Shown here: in pieces, positions 28,652 to 37,400 of the stretch
Layout: the number at the start of each line of letters is the position of its first letter
How positions within the stretch are numbered: the stretch's first letter is position 1
DNA from: Candidatus Omnitrophota bacterium
Lineage (GTDB): Bacteria; Omnitrophota; Gorgyraeia; 1-14-0-20-64-10
Length of the DNA stretch: 64,000 nucleotides
Reading direction: 5' to 3'
Assembly (NCBI GenBank): GCA_016177405.1
Contig: JACOVG010000021.1
Span: 14,434-78,433, forward strand
Notes under the pieces: generated by a model
Seen by the model: only the letters and a program-made list of their open reading frames with translations
Told to the model about the DNA's origin: nothing
Database searches by the model: none
Translations under genes and position numbers: made by a program

Positions 28652-29556
28652 TCGCACAGCTTCTTGTAGCTTTCGTAGTGGTGAATCGCCAGGCCGCCGA
28701 AGCCCGCTTGGCCGCCCACGGCGTTCACGATCTTCTTGAGCTCCCGGCTCATCACGTTGCAGGTGGTCCCCCCGAAACTCACGTACGCGGGGAAAAGGTC
28801 CTCCTGGGTTTCCTGGCCGATCAAGACCGGCTTGCCCACTTGGCCCCCGTACTCCAGTTCCAGCCGCACCAGGCGCAGGGTTCCATCCGATCCCTCGGCG
28901 AAATTCCGGTAAGCCATGACGGTGACGGTGTCCACCGTGTCCAGGATGTGCTGGGTGGGGCTCTTGACCGAGCCTCGCCAGAGAATCCGGTAGCTGGCGT
29001 CGTCGTCAAACCAAAAGGGAATGTCCACCCCGAAAATCACGGGAACCGGCTCCTTCCGTATCGCTTCGGCCATCTTCGCGTTCAAATCCAGGTAGCCCCC
29101 CAGAAGCTCGCCCGGCCGTTCGTTCCAGGCCTGGGTCAGCAAATACACCTCCACATCGGAGTGAATCCCGTCGAAGCGCTCCTCGGGCGGGGCCTGGCGG
29201 TTCATCTGAAGGACCGCGCCGGTCCAGGCCATGGGAAGGGTGTGGTAGCGGCTCTTCCCCCAGCGCGGGTCGCCCGCCAGGGCATGGACCGAAAGCCCCA
29301 TCTCGTGGGCCTGGCGGTTAAAATCGCGGTACGTCCGGTCCCAGGGGGGCTCCAGGTTGTAGGCCGACAGGTACAGCGTGCCGATTTGGTGCCTTCGGCA
29401 GAAAGCCAGGAGTTTTGCCTTGGATTCTGGTTTGGCGGCGATGCGGGCGTCCCAGACCCACATCGCCCGGGGCGGCTCCTCGGCGAAAACGGAGGGGAGA
29501 AATAAAAACGTCATTGCGAGGGCCCCAAGGGCCCGAAGCAATCTCGTACCCCTCAC
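28648..29556 (-). CDS. Exported TIM-barrel glycoside-hydrolase-like protein
   Basis: MWVWD, VHALAGDP.W, FDGIHSDVEVY, VMAYRN, IGQET, GLAIHHY; paralogous to the middle domain of 32083-34419. Confidence 0.65.
   Translation of the reverse strand: MRGTRLLRALGALAMTFLFLPSVFAEEPPRAMWVWDARIAAKPESKAKLLAFCRRHQIGTLYLSAYNLEPPWDRTYRDFNRQAHEMGLSVHALAGDPRWGKSRYHTLPMAWTGAVLQMNRQAPPEERFDGIHSDVEVYLLTQAWNERPGELLGGYLDLNAKMAEAIRKEPVPVIFGVDIPFWFDDDASYRILWRGSVKSPTQHILDTVDTVTVMAYRNFAEGSDGTLRLVRLELEYGGQVGKPVLIGQETQEDLFPAYVSFGGTTCNVMSRELKKIVNAVGGQAGFGGLAIHHYESYKKLCE
29510..29545 (-). repeat. REP/RPE-like palindromic element in signal peptide
   Basis: Exact reverse complement of 9304-9339; encodes RLLRALGALAMT. Confidence 0.92.
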
Positions 29557-30266
29557 TCGAGGGTGATGTCGTCGAGGTAAACGGTTCCCAGCCCCGCCCC
29601 CTCGGGATAAAGTTCCCCCTCGAAACAGATCGAGATGGAAGCCAATTTGGTGTAGTCAATGAAGTAGGAGGACAACGGAATCACCGCCTTCTGCCATTCG
29701 GCCGTCAACCGGCCCGCCGGCAGGTACTTGCCGATCTCCTCGGACTTGACCGAATCCCCCACCCGGTCCCAGTGCCGGTCGGCCAGCCCCACCATAAAGT
29801 TCTCCTCCCCCTTGTCTCCGCGGACCCAGAAGGTGACTGCCTGGTAGCCGGAGGCGTCAAAATACTGCTCCCCCACCATCGGGGGGCTGGGTTGGTCGGT
29901 GGTGGGCGCCACCAGATAACCGCTTGTCTTTAGAAGGGTGTAATAGCCGCACCAACCGCCCATGCCGTAGGGTCCGCCCTCTGACTGCTTGTCGTAACGG
30001 ATCAGGAGCACGCTGCTCTTGGCGCCGTTCACCTCTTCCTCCACCCGGCTCATCATGATCCGAGAGGGGGCCTTCACATAAACATTGGCCCGCCCGCCGG
30101 CCCGGTTCTGGATCTCCTCCCCTTCAAAATCGTCCACGAGGAGCGGCTCCGCCGCGAAAGCGGTCGTGAGTCGCGCGTCGTGAGTCGTGAGTAGAAAGAC
30201 GCAGAAGGCAAGCCCTACAGTCCTTACCCATGACCCATGACCCATGACCCATGACTTTTTCTTCAT
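29553..30266 (-). CDS. Exported CBM11/CIA30-like carbohydrate-binding protein
   Basis: LLVDDFE, GGWCGYY, D.SGY.A.TFWVRG..GEENF, WQK.VIPL, GTVYLDDI. Confidence 0.78.
   Translation of the reverse strand: MKKKSWVMGHGSWVRTVGLAFCVFLLTTHDARLTTAFAAEPLLVDDFEGEEIQNRAGGRANVYVKAPSRIMMSRVEEEVNGAKSSVLLIRYDKQSEGGPYGMGGWCGYYTLLKTSGYLVAPTTDQPSPPMVGEQYFDASGYQAVTFWVRGDKGEENFMVGLADRHWDRVGDSVKSEEIGKYLPAGRLTAEWQKAVIPLSSYFIDYTKLASISICFEGELYPEGAGLGTVYLDDITLE
30163..30255. repeat. Two heptanucleotide tandem repeats within one signal peptide
   Basis: GTCGTGA x4, one degenerate (30163-30192); ACCCATG x4 (30226-30255). Confidence 0.9.
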
Positions 30267-30275
30267 TTTGTCCTC

Positions 30276-30893
30276 CTACTCCAGCTTAAGATCATCCAGG
30301 TAAACCGTCCCCCTGCCCACACCGCCGGGGAAAAGGGTGCCTTCGAAGCAGATGGCGACGGAGGCCGTCTGCTTGTGATCCAGGAAGAAGGCCTCCACGG
30401 GAATGACGGCCTTCTGCCATTCCGCGGTGACCTTCCCGGCCGGCAGGTACTTCCCGATCGGTTCGGACTTCACGGAGTCCCCCACCTCGTCCCAATGGCG
30501 GTCGGCCATTCCCACCAGGAAGTTCTCATCGCCGGCGGCCCCCCTCACCCAAAAGGTGAGGCTCCGGTAGCCGGAGGCGTCGAAGTAGCGGCTGCCGCTC
30601 TTCAGCAGGGTATACCAGCCGCACCAGCCCCCGGAATCGTAAGGGCCGCCCCGCCCCTTCTTGTCGTACTTCAACATCAGGGAACCGGAGCCTTGATGGG
30701 CCGGGTCCTTCACCAAAAGGGCCAGCGACCGTGAGGGCTCTTTCAGGTAGGTGCTGGCGCGCCCGCCCAGCTTATTGACCGAAGCCCCCTCGAAGTCGTC
30801 AATCAACAGGGGCTCCGCCGCGAAAGCGGCGGTAAGCGGTAAGCAGTAAGCAGTAAGCAAAACAGCGGTCATCGCGAGCAATCTCTTTCTCAT
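30276..30893 (-). CDS. Exported CBM11/CIA30-like carbohydrate-binding protein (paralog of 29553-30266)
   Basis: Same motifs; DRHWD.VGDSVKSE.IGKYLPAG shared; ATGA overlap at 30893. Confidence 0.78.
   Translation of the reverse strand: MRKRLLAMTAVLLTAYCLPLTAAFAAEPLLIDDFEGASVNKLGGRASTYLKEPSRSLALLVKDPAHQGSGSLMLKYDKKGRGGPYDSGGWCGWYTLLKSGSRYFDASGYRSLTFWVRGAAGDENFLVGMADRHWDEVGDSVKSEPIGKYLPAGKVTAEWQKAVIPVEAFFLDHKQTASVAICFEGTLFPGGVGRGTVYLDDLKLE
30832..30885. repeat. Heptamer repeat (GTAAGCR x4) plus collapsed REP/RPE-like element in signal peptide
   Basis: 30832-30859 GTAAGC[GA] x4 encodes LTAYCLPLT; 30868-30885 GTCATCGCGAGCAATCTC encodes RLLAMT. Confidence 0.85.
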
Positions 30894-32086
30894 TCCCATT
30901 CCTCCAACAGCTCTTCCTGGGTTTTACGGATAAAGATCAAATCATCCAGATAGACCCTGCCCTTCCCCGGGCGGTGGAAATTCACCACGAAAGAGCCCAT
31001 CTGCGTCCAATCCAGTTTACCAAATTGGGCAAGCGGTATCACCACTTCCTGCCAGCCGGCGGTGAGCCCGCCGGGCAGGAACTTCTCAATCGTTCCGGCC
31101 TTCACCGAATCCCCGATGGTGAGCCACGACTTGTCCGACAGGCCGATCTCGAAGGTCTCCCCTCCCTTTTCCCCGCGCGCCCAAAAGGAGAGGGCCTTGA
31201 AGGGGCTCAAATCGTAGTAGGCGCCGTCGATCTGGTTTAAGAGGGTGTAATAGCCGCACCAGCCGGTGGCCTGCTTGTCGAAATCGAGCCGGAGGGATCT
31301 GCCCTGCTCCCCCCGCCGGGACTCCAGGACCCTCTTCGCCAAACACACGGAGGGAGGCCTCTTATAGGTCCCGGTCTTGCGGCCCAGGAGATTGATGTCG
31401 CTGTGGTCAAAATCGTCCAGGAGCAGAAACCCCTGCCGCTGGGCGGGTTCCTGGACCGAAACCAGCGGCTCCGTGTCAAACCGCAGTCCGTCAATCCAGA
31501 AGGCGCCTTCCCCTTCCTCGTTGAAGTTAAAGACCAGGCTGTAAACGCGGCTTAGATCCACCCCGAAGAAATCCTCCAGGGGCACGCGGACCTCCTGCCA
31601 GTCCGTGGTGATGCCGCCGGGCAGATACCGGTGGATCGAGCCGATGAAAACAGCGTCCTCCCGCTTGTTGGAAATGGTGTCGTTCATGCCGATCTCGAAG
31701 GTTTCTCCCCCCCTGGCTCCCTTCACCCAAAAGCTTAACGCGGCAAAGCGGGACAGGTCCCCCAGCACGATGAGGTAGGCCCCGCAGAAAAAGGGGTCCT
31801 TCGCCCGCCGGTAGCGGTATCGAACGGCCCCCGGCGAGGCCGGATCCTGCTTCACCCTCTCGTCCAGATAACAGCCGTACTTCGAGGGCTTCATGGCGAA
31901 GCCGCCGGTCTTGCCCCTCTTGGCAAAGCGCTCCTCGGCCGGAAGGAGCTTCGTGCCCAGCGGCAGGGGGGCGGCTTCGTCGAGAGAAACCATCTCCGCG
32001 AAAACAGCGGTAAGCAGAAGGAGGGACGCTCCAAAAAGGGACACACCTCGGCAAGAGTGTCCCCAAATGGAGCGTCCCCTTTTCAT
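30890..32086 (-). CDS. Exported protein with two CBM11/CIA30-like domains
   Basis: Two copies of LSFW..G..GGETFEIG...W(Q)EV.VPL; ATG at 32086 overlaps upstream TGA. Confidence 0.78.
   Translation of the reverse strand: MKRGRSIWGHSCRGVSLFGASLLLLTAVFAEMVSLDEAAPLPLGTKLLPAEERFAKRGKTGGFAMKPSKYGCYLDERVKQDPASPGAVRYRYRRAKDPFFCGAYLIVLGDLSRFAALSFWVKGARGGETFEIGMNDTISNKREDAVFIGSIHRYLPGGITTDWQEVRVPLEDFFGVDLSRVYSLVFNFNEEGEGAFWIDGLRFDTEPLVSVQEPAQRQGFLLLDDFDHSDINLLGRKTGTYKRPPSVCLAKRVLESRRGEQGRSLRLDFDKQATGWCGYYTLLNQIDGAYYDLSPFKALSFWARGEKGGETFEIGLSDKSWLTIGDSVKAGTIEKFLPGGLTAGWQEVVIPLAQFGKLDWTQMGSFVVNFHRPGKGRVYLDDLIFIRKTQEELLEEWE
32023..32078. repeat. 56-bp inverted repeat inside signal-peptide coding region
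   Basis: GGGACGCTCCA...GGGACAC-loop-GTGTCCC...TGGAGCGTCCC. Confidence 0.85.
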
Positions 32087-34419
32087 TCGAGGGTCAGCTC
32101 GTTGAAGGTGGTCGGGTCGCCCCACTGGCGCTCGCCGGAGGTGGAGATCAGCGCCTTCTGGGGAAATTTGGCGTGGTCGGTGTCGGAGCCGTCAATCATG
32201 ACCCCCAGCCGGAAGCCCGGCTTGAACCGCTTGCTCGAGAGCACCTCCTCCTGGGCGGGAGAAATCTCCGGCGCCGGTCTCGGGCGGGGCGAAACCTGGC
32301 GGGGATCCACCCCCACCCGCTTGCCCAGGGTCTGGAACAGGAAGCCGCTGGGCAGACGGACCTCCAGCGTGTAGCCGTTGCCGGCGCGGGCGGCGCCGAT
32401 CCGGACGTCGGCCAGCGAGGCGGGGTCCACGGAAGGGACCCAGACCCAGATCTCCGGGGGCCGCTCGCTGAAGTTGCCCGGGCTCAAACCCAGCTGGAAG
32501 TCGTCCAGGGAATTGACCGCCTCGGTGTAGTCCCCCAGGAGATCCACATCCAGCCACAGCTCCACGTGGTCCCCCTGCCACAGGTCGCCGGCGGCCCACT
32601 CCTGAACCAGGGCATCGTCCGCCACCTCTATCGCCAGGTACAGGGCCTCCGGGCTCCACTGAAACGCCGCCTTGAAGCTCAAGTCCTGGGGCGATTTCCA
32701 GGCGCCGGCCCCGTAGACCACCTGGCCGCGATGGTCGAAGGTGTACCACCGGGCCCCTTCCCACTCGTCCAGGTTTCCGTCGGCGGCAATCGGAATGGGC
32801 GCGGGCCGGGCGGTCAAGGGCGCGACCTTTCCGGTCCTCTCGCGGGTGGGGACGTTGCGCCCCTTTTGAAGAAGCCGGTAGGAGTCGTAGGCGTGGACGG
32901 CAAGCCCCCCGAAGGAGGGCTCTCCCTGAAAGGCCTCCACCACCTGGGCCAGCTGGCGCTCCATCTCCTCCCAGCCCTCCTCGTGGAAGGTGTTGCGCCG
33001 CTTGCCCTGCGACATCTGGACCAGGTCCTGGGTCTCCACGCCGATCACCACCTTCTTGCCCAGCCGCTTGGCCGTCTCCAGGTGGAAACGGGCGTTCTTC
33101 ACGATGTCGACGGCGGAATCGTAATAATCCATGAGGGCGGCATAGTCCACCTGCTTCAGCAGACTGGCCTCGAACTCCGGCTCCCGGTCGTAGAAGACCG
33201 GGATCGCCAGGCCCATCTGGAAGGATCCTTCGGCGCCCTGCTCGCTGTTGATCAGTTTCCTCAAATCAACCATCAGCTCCACGAATTCCGCCTGGAGCTT
33301 GGCGCGGTCGCCGGTTTCCCAATCGGCGGTCAGATACGGCTCGATGTCCAGCGAAACGCCGTCGATACGCTCCTGGGCGGGGCGTGCGCGGTTGAAGGCG
33401 AGAAACCCCGAAACCCATTCCAGGACCCTGGGGTGGTACTCCTTCAAGGCCCAGAGGGGATTGCCCTGCAGGGCTTCCACATGAACCCCCGCCTCGTGCG
33501 CCTGGGCCAGAAACTGGGCAAGCTTGGCCTGATAATCGGCCGGCATTTCCAGGATGGGGCTCTCCCCGAGATAGACGAAGAGGGTTTCCAGGGCGGCGCG
33601 CCGGGCGAAATCCAGGAGATCCCTGCGCACCCTCAAGTCGTTCACCGGATCGTACTTCCAGACCCAGGAGAAGCGGGGGGCGCGCGGATTGGCCGCGGCG
33701 CGGGGCGCGTTCTCCTCCTGCACGCGCTCCACCCCCTCGTCGTAGGTGAAGGCGACGTCGTCCACGTAGACCGTCCCCCGGCCCTCGTACCTGAACCAGA
33801 GAACCAGAGAGCCCATCCGGGTCATGTCCATGTCGGTCCGCAGACCCGCCAGGGGCACCTTGACCTGCTGCCACTGGGTGGTGACCCCATCGGGCAGGAA
33901 GGCCATGATCGGCCCGGCAAAGATCGCGTCTATCTCGAGCTCCTGCATTTTCTCGTCGGCGAAGCCGATGTCAAAGCGCTCGCCCCCCTGCTCGCCCTTC
34001 ACCCAGAAGGTGAGGGCGTTGTGCCGGCTGACATCGATCCCATTGAGGAGGGTGTACCACCCGCACCAGCCGCCCAGCTTGGCGTACTCCAGCCGAAGAC
34101 AGGAGGAGCCGCCGCGGCCGGGCCGGGTGTCATCGGCCTTGGTGATCACCGTGTAGGAGGGCCTTCTGGCCCAAGTCCCCTGGAAGGCGTCCAGCCGGTT
34201 CTTGCGCTCGGCGAAGATTCCCTGGGTGGCGCCCACCTCAAAATCGTCCACCAGGATCGGCTCCAGGATTCGCGGAGCCGGCGGCGCGGGACGAGCGGGG
34301 GCGGGAGGCAAGGCGGGGGGCCGAGGAGAAAAGAACCGCGCGGCCGCCCATCCCGCGCCGACGGCCGCGGCCACAACAACGCAAATCAGGAGAATCTTTC
34401 TTCTCGGCATCGCCCCCAT
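32083..34419 (-). CDS. Membrane-anchored CBM11-like + GH-like TIM barrel + CBM9-like sugar-binding protein
   Basis: N-terminal TM and Pro-rich linker; DDFE/GGWCGWY; DGVSLDIEPY; ADGNLDEW..WSPEALYL..V.DD..W.GDHVEL; start at 34419 or 34410. Confidence 0.78.
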   Translation of the reverse strand: MGAMPRRKILLICVVVAAAVGAGWAAARFFSPRPPALPPAPARPAPPAPRILEPILVDDFEVGATQGIFAERKNRLDAFQGTWARRPSYTVITKADDTRPGRGGSSCLRLEYAKLGGWCGWYTLLNGIDVSRHNALTFWVKGEQGGERFDIGFADEKMQELEIDAIFAGPIMAFLPDGVTTQWQQVKVPLAGLRTDMDMTRMGSLVLWFRYEGRGTVYVDDVAFTYDEGVERVQEENAPRAAANPRAPRFSWVWKYDPVNDLRVRRDLLDFARRAALETLFVYLGESPILEMPADYQAKLAQFLAQAHEAGVHVEALQGNPLWALKEYHPRVLEWVSGFLAFNRARPAQERIDGVSLDIEPYLTADWETGDRAKLQAEFVELMVDLRKLINSEQGAEGSFQMGLAIPVFYDREPEFEASLLKQVDYAALMDYYDSAVDIVKNARFHLETAKRLGKKVVIGVETQDLVQMSQGKRRNTFHEEGWEEMERQLAQVVEAFQGEPSFGGLAVHAYDSYRLLQKGRNVPTRERTGKVAPLTARPAPIPIAADGNLDEWEGARWYTFDHRGQVVYGAGAWKSPQDLSFKAAFQWSPEALYLAIEVADDALVQEWAAGDLWQGDHVELWLDVDLLGDYTEAVNSLDDFQLGLSPGNFSERPPEIWVWVPSVDPASLADVRIGAARAGNGYTLEVRLPSGFLFQTLGKRVGVDPRQVSPRPRPAPEISPAQEEVLSSKRFKPGFRLGVMIDGSDTDHAKFPQKALISTSGERQWGDPTTFNELTLE

Positions 34420-34450
34420 CTTACCACAACCTCGACGCCGCCCTTTTCCG

Positions 34451-37400
34451 CTACAGCTGCGTTGAAACGGCGGCGGAATCTTCCAGGCCGGACTCAACGG
34501 AAGGCTCCTGCCCCGCGCTCGGCAGCCTCCTTTCCAGATCAATGCGGGCCGCCGCCGCCTGAAGACCCTTTTCCACCTCCAAGCTGACGATTTGCGGGTC
34601 GATCCCAAAGATGTCCAGGAACCCTCTAACGTGAAGCTCATTCAGAAAACCGACCGCCCTGAAACTGAAGGGATAGGTCGCGGCGAAAAGCCGGCGCAGC
34701 CACTCCTCCAATTCTGCCCTTGTCTTCTGCTTCTCCTCTCCTTCCGGGATTCCCTCGCCCCAGTCCGTCAGGTTCTCCACCAGGATTCTAATCTCCCTCC
34801 AGGAGGCCCTCTCCTCCGGCCGATTTTCCGGGTCGAACTCCATCCTTTCAATCACCATGCGGCGGATGATCCGAAAGAGGTAGCCCCACGGCTTGCTCTC
34901 CCGCAGGGTGGCCGAAGAGGTCCCGAGGATCAACGGACGCTTTTCTTCAAGCGATCTCAAGGCCCCATAGGGATCCAGGAGAATCGCTTTTTGCGGGTCG
35001 GCCGGATGGGGCAGCAGAACCATCATCTCGGCGGCCAGCATCAGCTTTCCCTGGTAGGGGTCGCCCTTCCCGGCGGCATGCTCGGTGATCCGCAATCCCG
35101 CCGGGTCCAGCAGGCCTCCCCAAAGCTCCACGATCTTTTCCTCGCTTCCCCTGCCAAAGGTGGGTTGTTTCAGTCCCGCGTCTTGGGCCAGGCCAGGGAA
35201 AAGCGCCCGCGGGTCGGACACGCCCAAGACTTGACACAACCCTTTGATCTTGGGCGCCAGGCGCTCCAGGCGCCAGGCCTCCTCCGGGCTTTTCGCCTCC
35301 GGCAATAGATTGATCTCCTCCTGAACCTCCCAGGCCTCTTCCTTCTCCGCCACCAGCACGAGGTCCAGATCCTTAAAGGCCCGCTCGGCTCTGCCCCCTT
35401 CCGCCAAAAGACTTAGCACGCTTCCACCGTGCAGCCCAATCCGGAAGAGCCCATTTTGATGAAGCATCTGCAGGAAGCGCTTCGCCGGGTGATAGGCGAA
35501 CCGCCTTAAGTCCATCTCATAAAGACCATCGGCCAGCGGCACGACGGCCTGATGAAAGAGCCGGGAGCGAACCACGAACTGGCTTATGGCGAGCCACCCT
35601 TGAGGATCCTGCCGGAATTCCGTCGGATACCCTATCAGGGGAGCCAGCGGCCCCCCCGGCCCCTGCAGCATCCAAACCGGCAGGGAGTAGCCGCGGATCT
35701 CCGGATCCATCACCGGCGGAACATTGAGCCGGAGGGTTCGGGGGTCCAGCAGCCAGGCCAGATCATCCCAGGCCGCGTCGTCCCATTGGTCCACCCCTTT
35801 CAGGACCAGCCTCATCTGCCGGTCCCTCAAGAAAAGCCAAAGCCCTTCCGGCAGCCACACCTCCCTTAACAGGTTGAGGGAACCCCCTTCCGCGCTCAAG
35901 TAGTGGACTCCCGATCCGCTAAGCTCCAGCACAGCCGCCTTCGCGGCCCTCGCCGTTGGGCGGATGGTTTCCTGGACAAATCTCCTGTAGCCTTCAAAAG
36001 GGGCGCCGGAGCCAGCCGGCGAAGCGACAAGCTCCATCCTGCCGGAGCCCAGCCAGCGGAGCTCCAGGCCCCAAACTCCTTTCAGGGGAGGAAAAGGCTC
36101 TCCCCGCTGCAGGGCCTCCAGATCCACCGTGCCGATCTTAGAAAGGAGAGAGGAGATTTGCCTTGAGAGGGCTGGATCGCTCTTTACCTCGTCGGGAACG
36201 TCGAGGTGAAACACCCTTCTTTCCTGGAGGGATTCCTCCAACCGCGCCAGGGAGGCATCCGCCTCTATTCCTCTTGGAGGAAGGCGTCTCAATCTGGATT
36301 CATAGAGATCAACCTGGTTGGGAGAAGGAAGGCCGCCCAGCATCACCCGGTCGGCTTCATCTCCAACCGTGGAAGAAACAAAGCTGTTGGCCAGGGTGTT
36401 TCGGTTGAGGTCCAGAGGGACTCCCGCTCCCTGCCCGCGATAACGCTCCAGCCGCTCGCTGAATCCGCTCTGAACCGAAGGGATCATCAGCTCGCTCAAG
36501 CCCGGCCTCGTGCTTCCCAGCACCACGTAATCCGGCCACTCGAATCGTTCCCGGAAAATCGATCGGGTCTCCATGAGCCAGACGGCCAAGGCGATTCCCA
36601 GCTCTCTGCCGGATTCCCAAATGGCCGTCTTGGCCGGATTCTCCCCTCGCTCTTTTTCAGGCCTGTTCGCGGCAGCCACGAGCCCGCCCAGCGTCAGTTG
36701 ATCGGCCTTCAAGAGCTCCCTGGCGCGCGCCAGGATCCTGGCGATGCTGACCCTATCCTCCAGGTCCTGCTCCCCAGGGGCCAGGGTGGGATGAAAACCT
36801 TTCGTTTCCCTGGCAACATAACGATAGTCGGGGCTCCCCGGGTTTCCGGTGAAAATCAGATGGTGGGGCGCCTCGCTGTGGTAAAGGATCTCCGGCTCTC
36901 CCTGAAAGGATTTTCCGTTGACAACCATCTGGGCGGCAATGCCGTTTCCAATGTGAACAAACAACAGATTGTCTACTCCCGGACAAGTCCCCCTTAGGCC
37001 TACTTCCCCCCTTGCCCCTGCCCGCGCGTTGGAGACCACATCTACCTCCAGGCGGCCCAGGGAGGGATCGCGTTTGCCCTCGTAGAGTTGGTCCAGTCTT
37101 TTTTGGACCTCTTCCTTGAAAGAGAATCCTTTCGGGAACACGGGGAGCCAGGAGATTCGCTCAACCAGCGCGCCGTCCGAATCCACAAAGCCGGGAACAG
37201 AAAAATAGACGTACATGACCCTGTCGGGCCCATACCGCTCGACCACCCGCCGGATCGCCTGGACGAGGCGCTCGACAATCTCGCCGGGCGCGTCGCTCCG
37301 GTCCGGTTTGAGAAAAATGCGTTCGTGCTCGGCCGGCCCCCAAAAGCCCTGCGGGATACCGGCCCGGAAGACGATTGCCTGGTCCTCCCCGACGCCCATC

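Noticed and set aside
8517-30885. Palindromic elements as rho-independent terminators or integron attC sites
   Set aside because: They lie inside 5' coding regions of translationally coupled genes; no GTTRRRY/RYYYAAC ends and no integrase in the window.
34420-34641. Extended N-terminus of the 852-aa ORF
   Set aside because: Overlaps the 3' end of the upstream giant gene; the basic plus hydrophobic anchor starts at 34419/34410.
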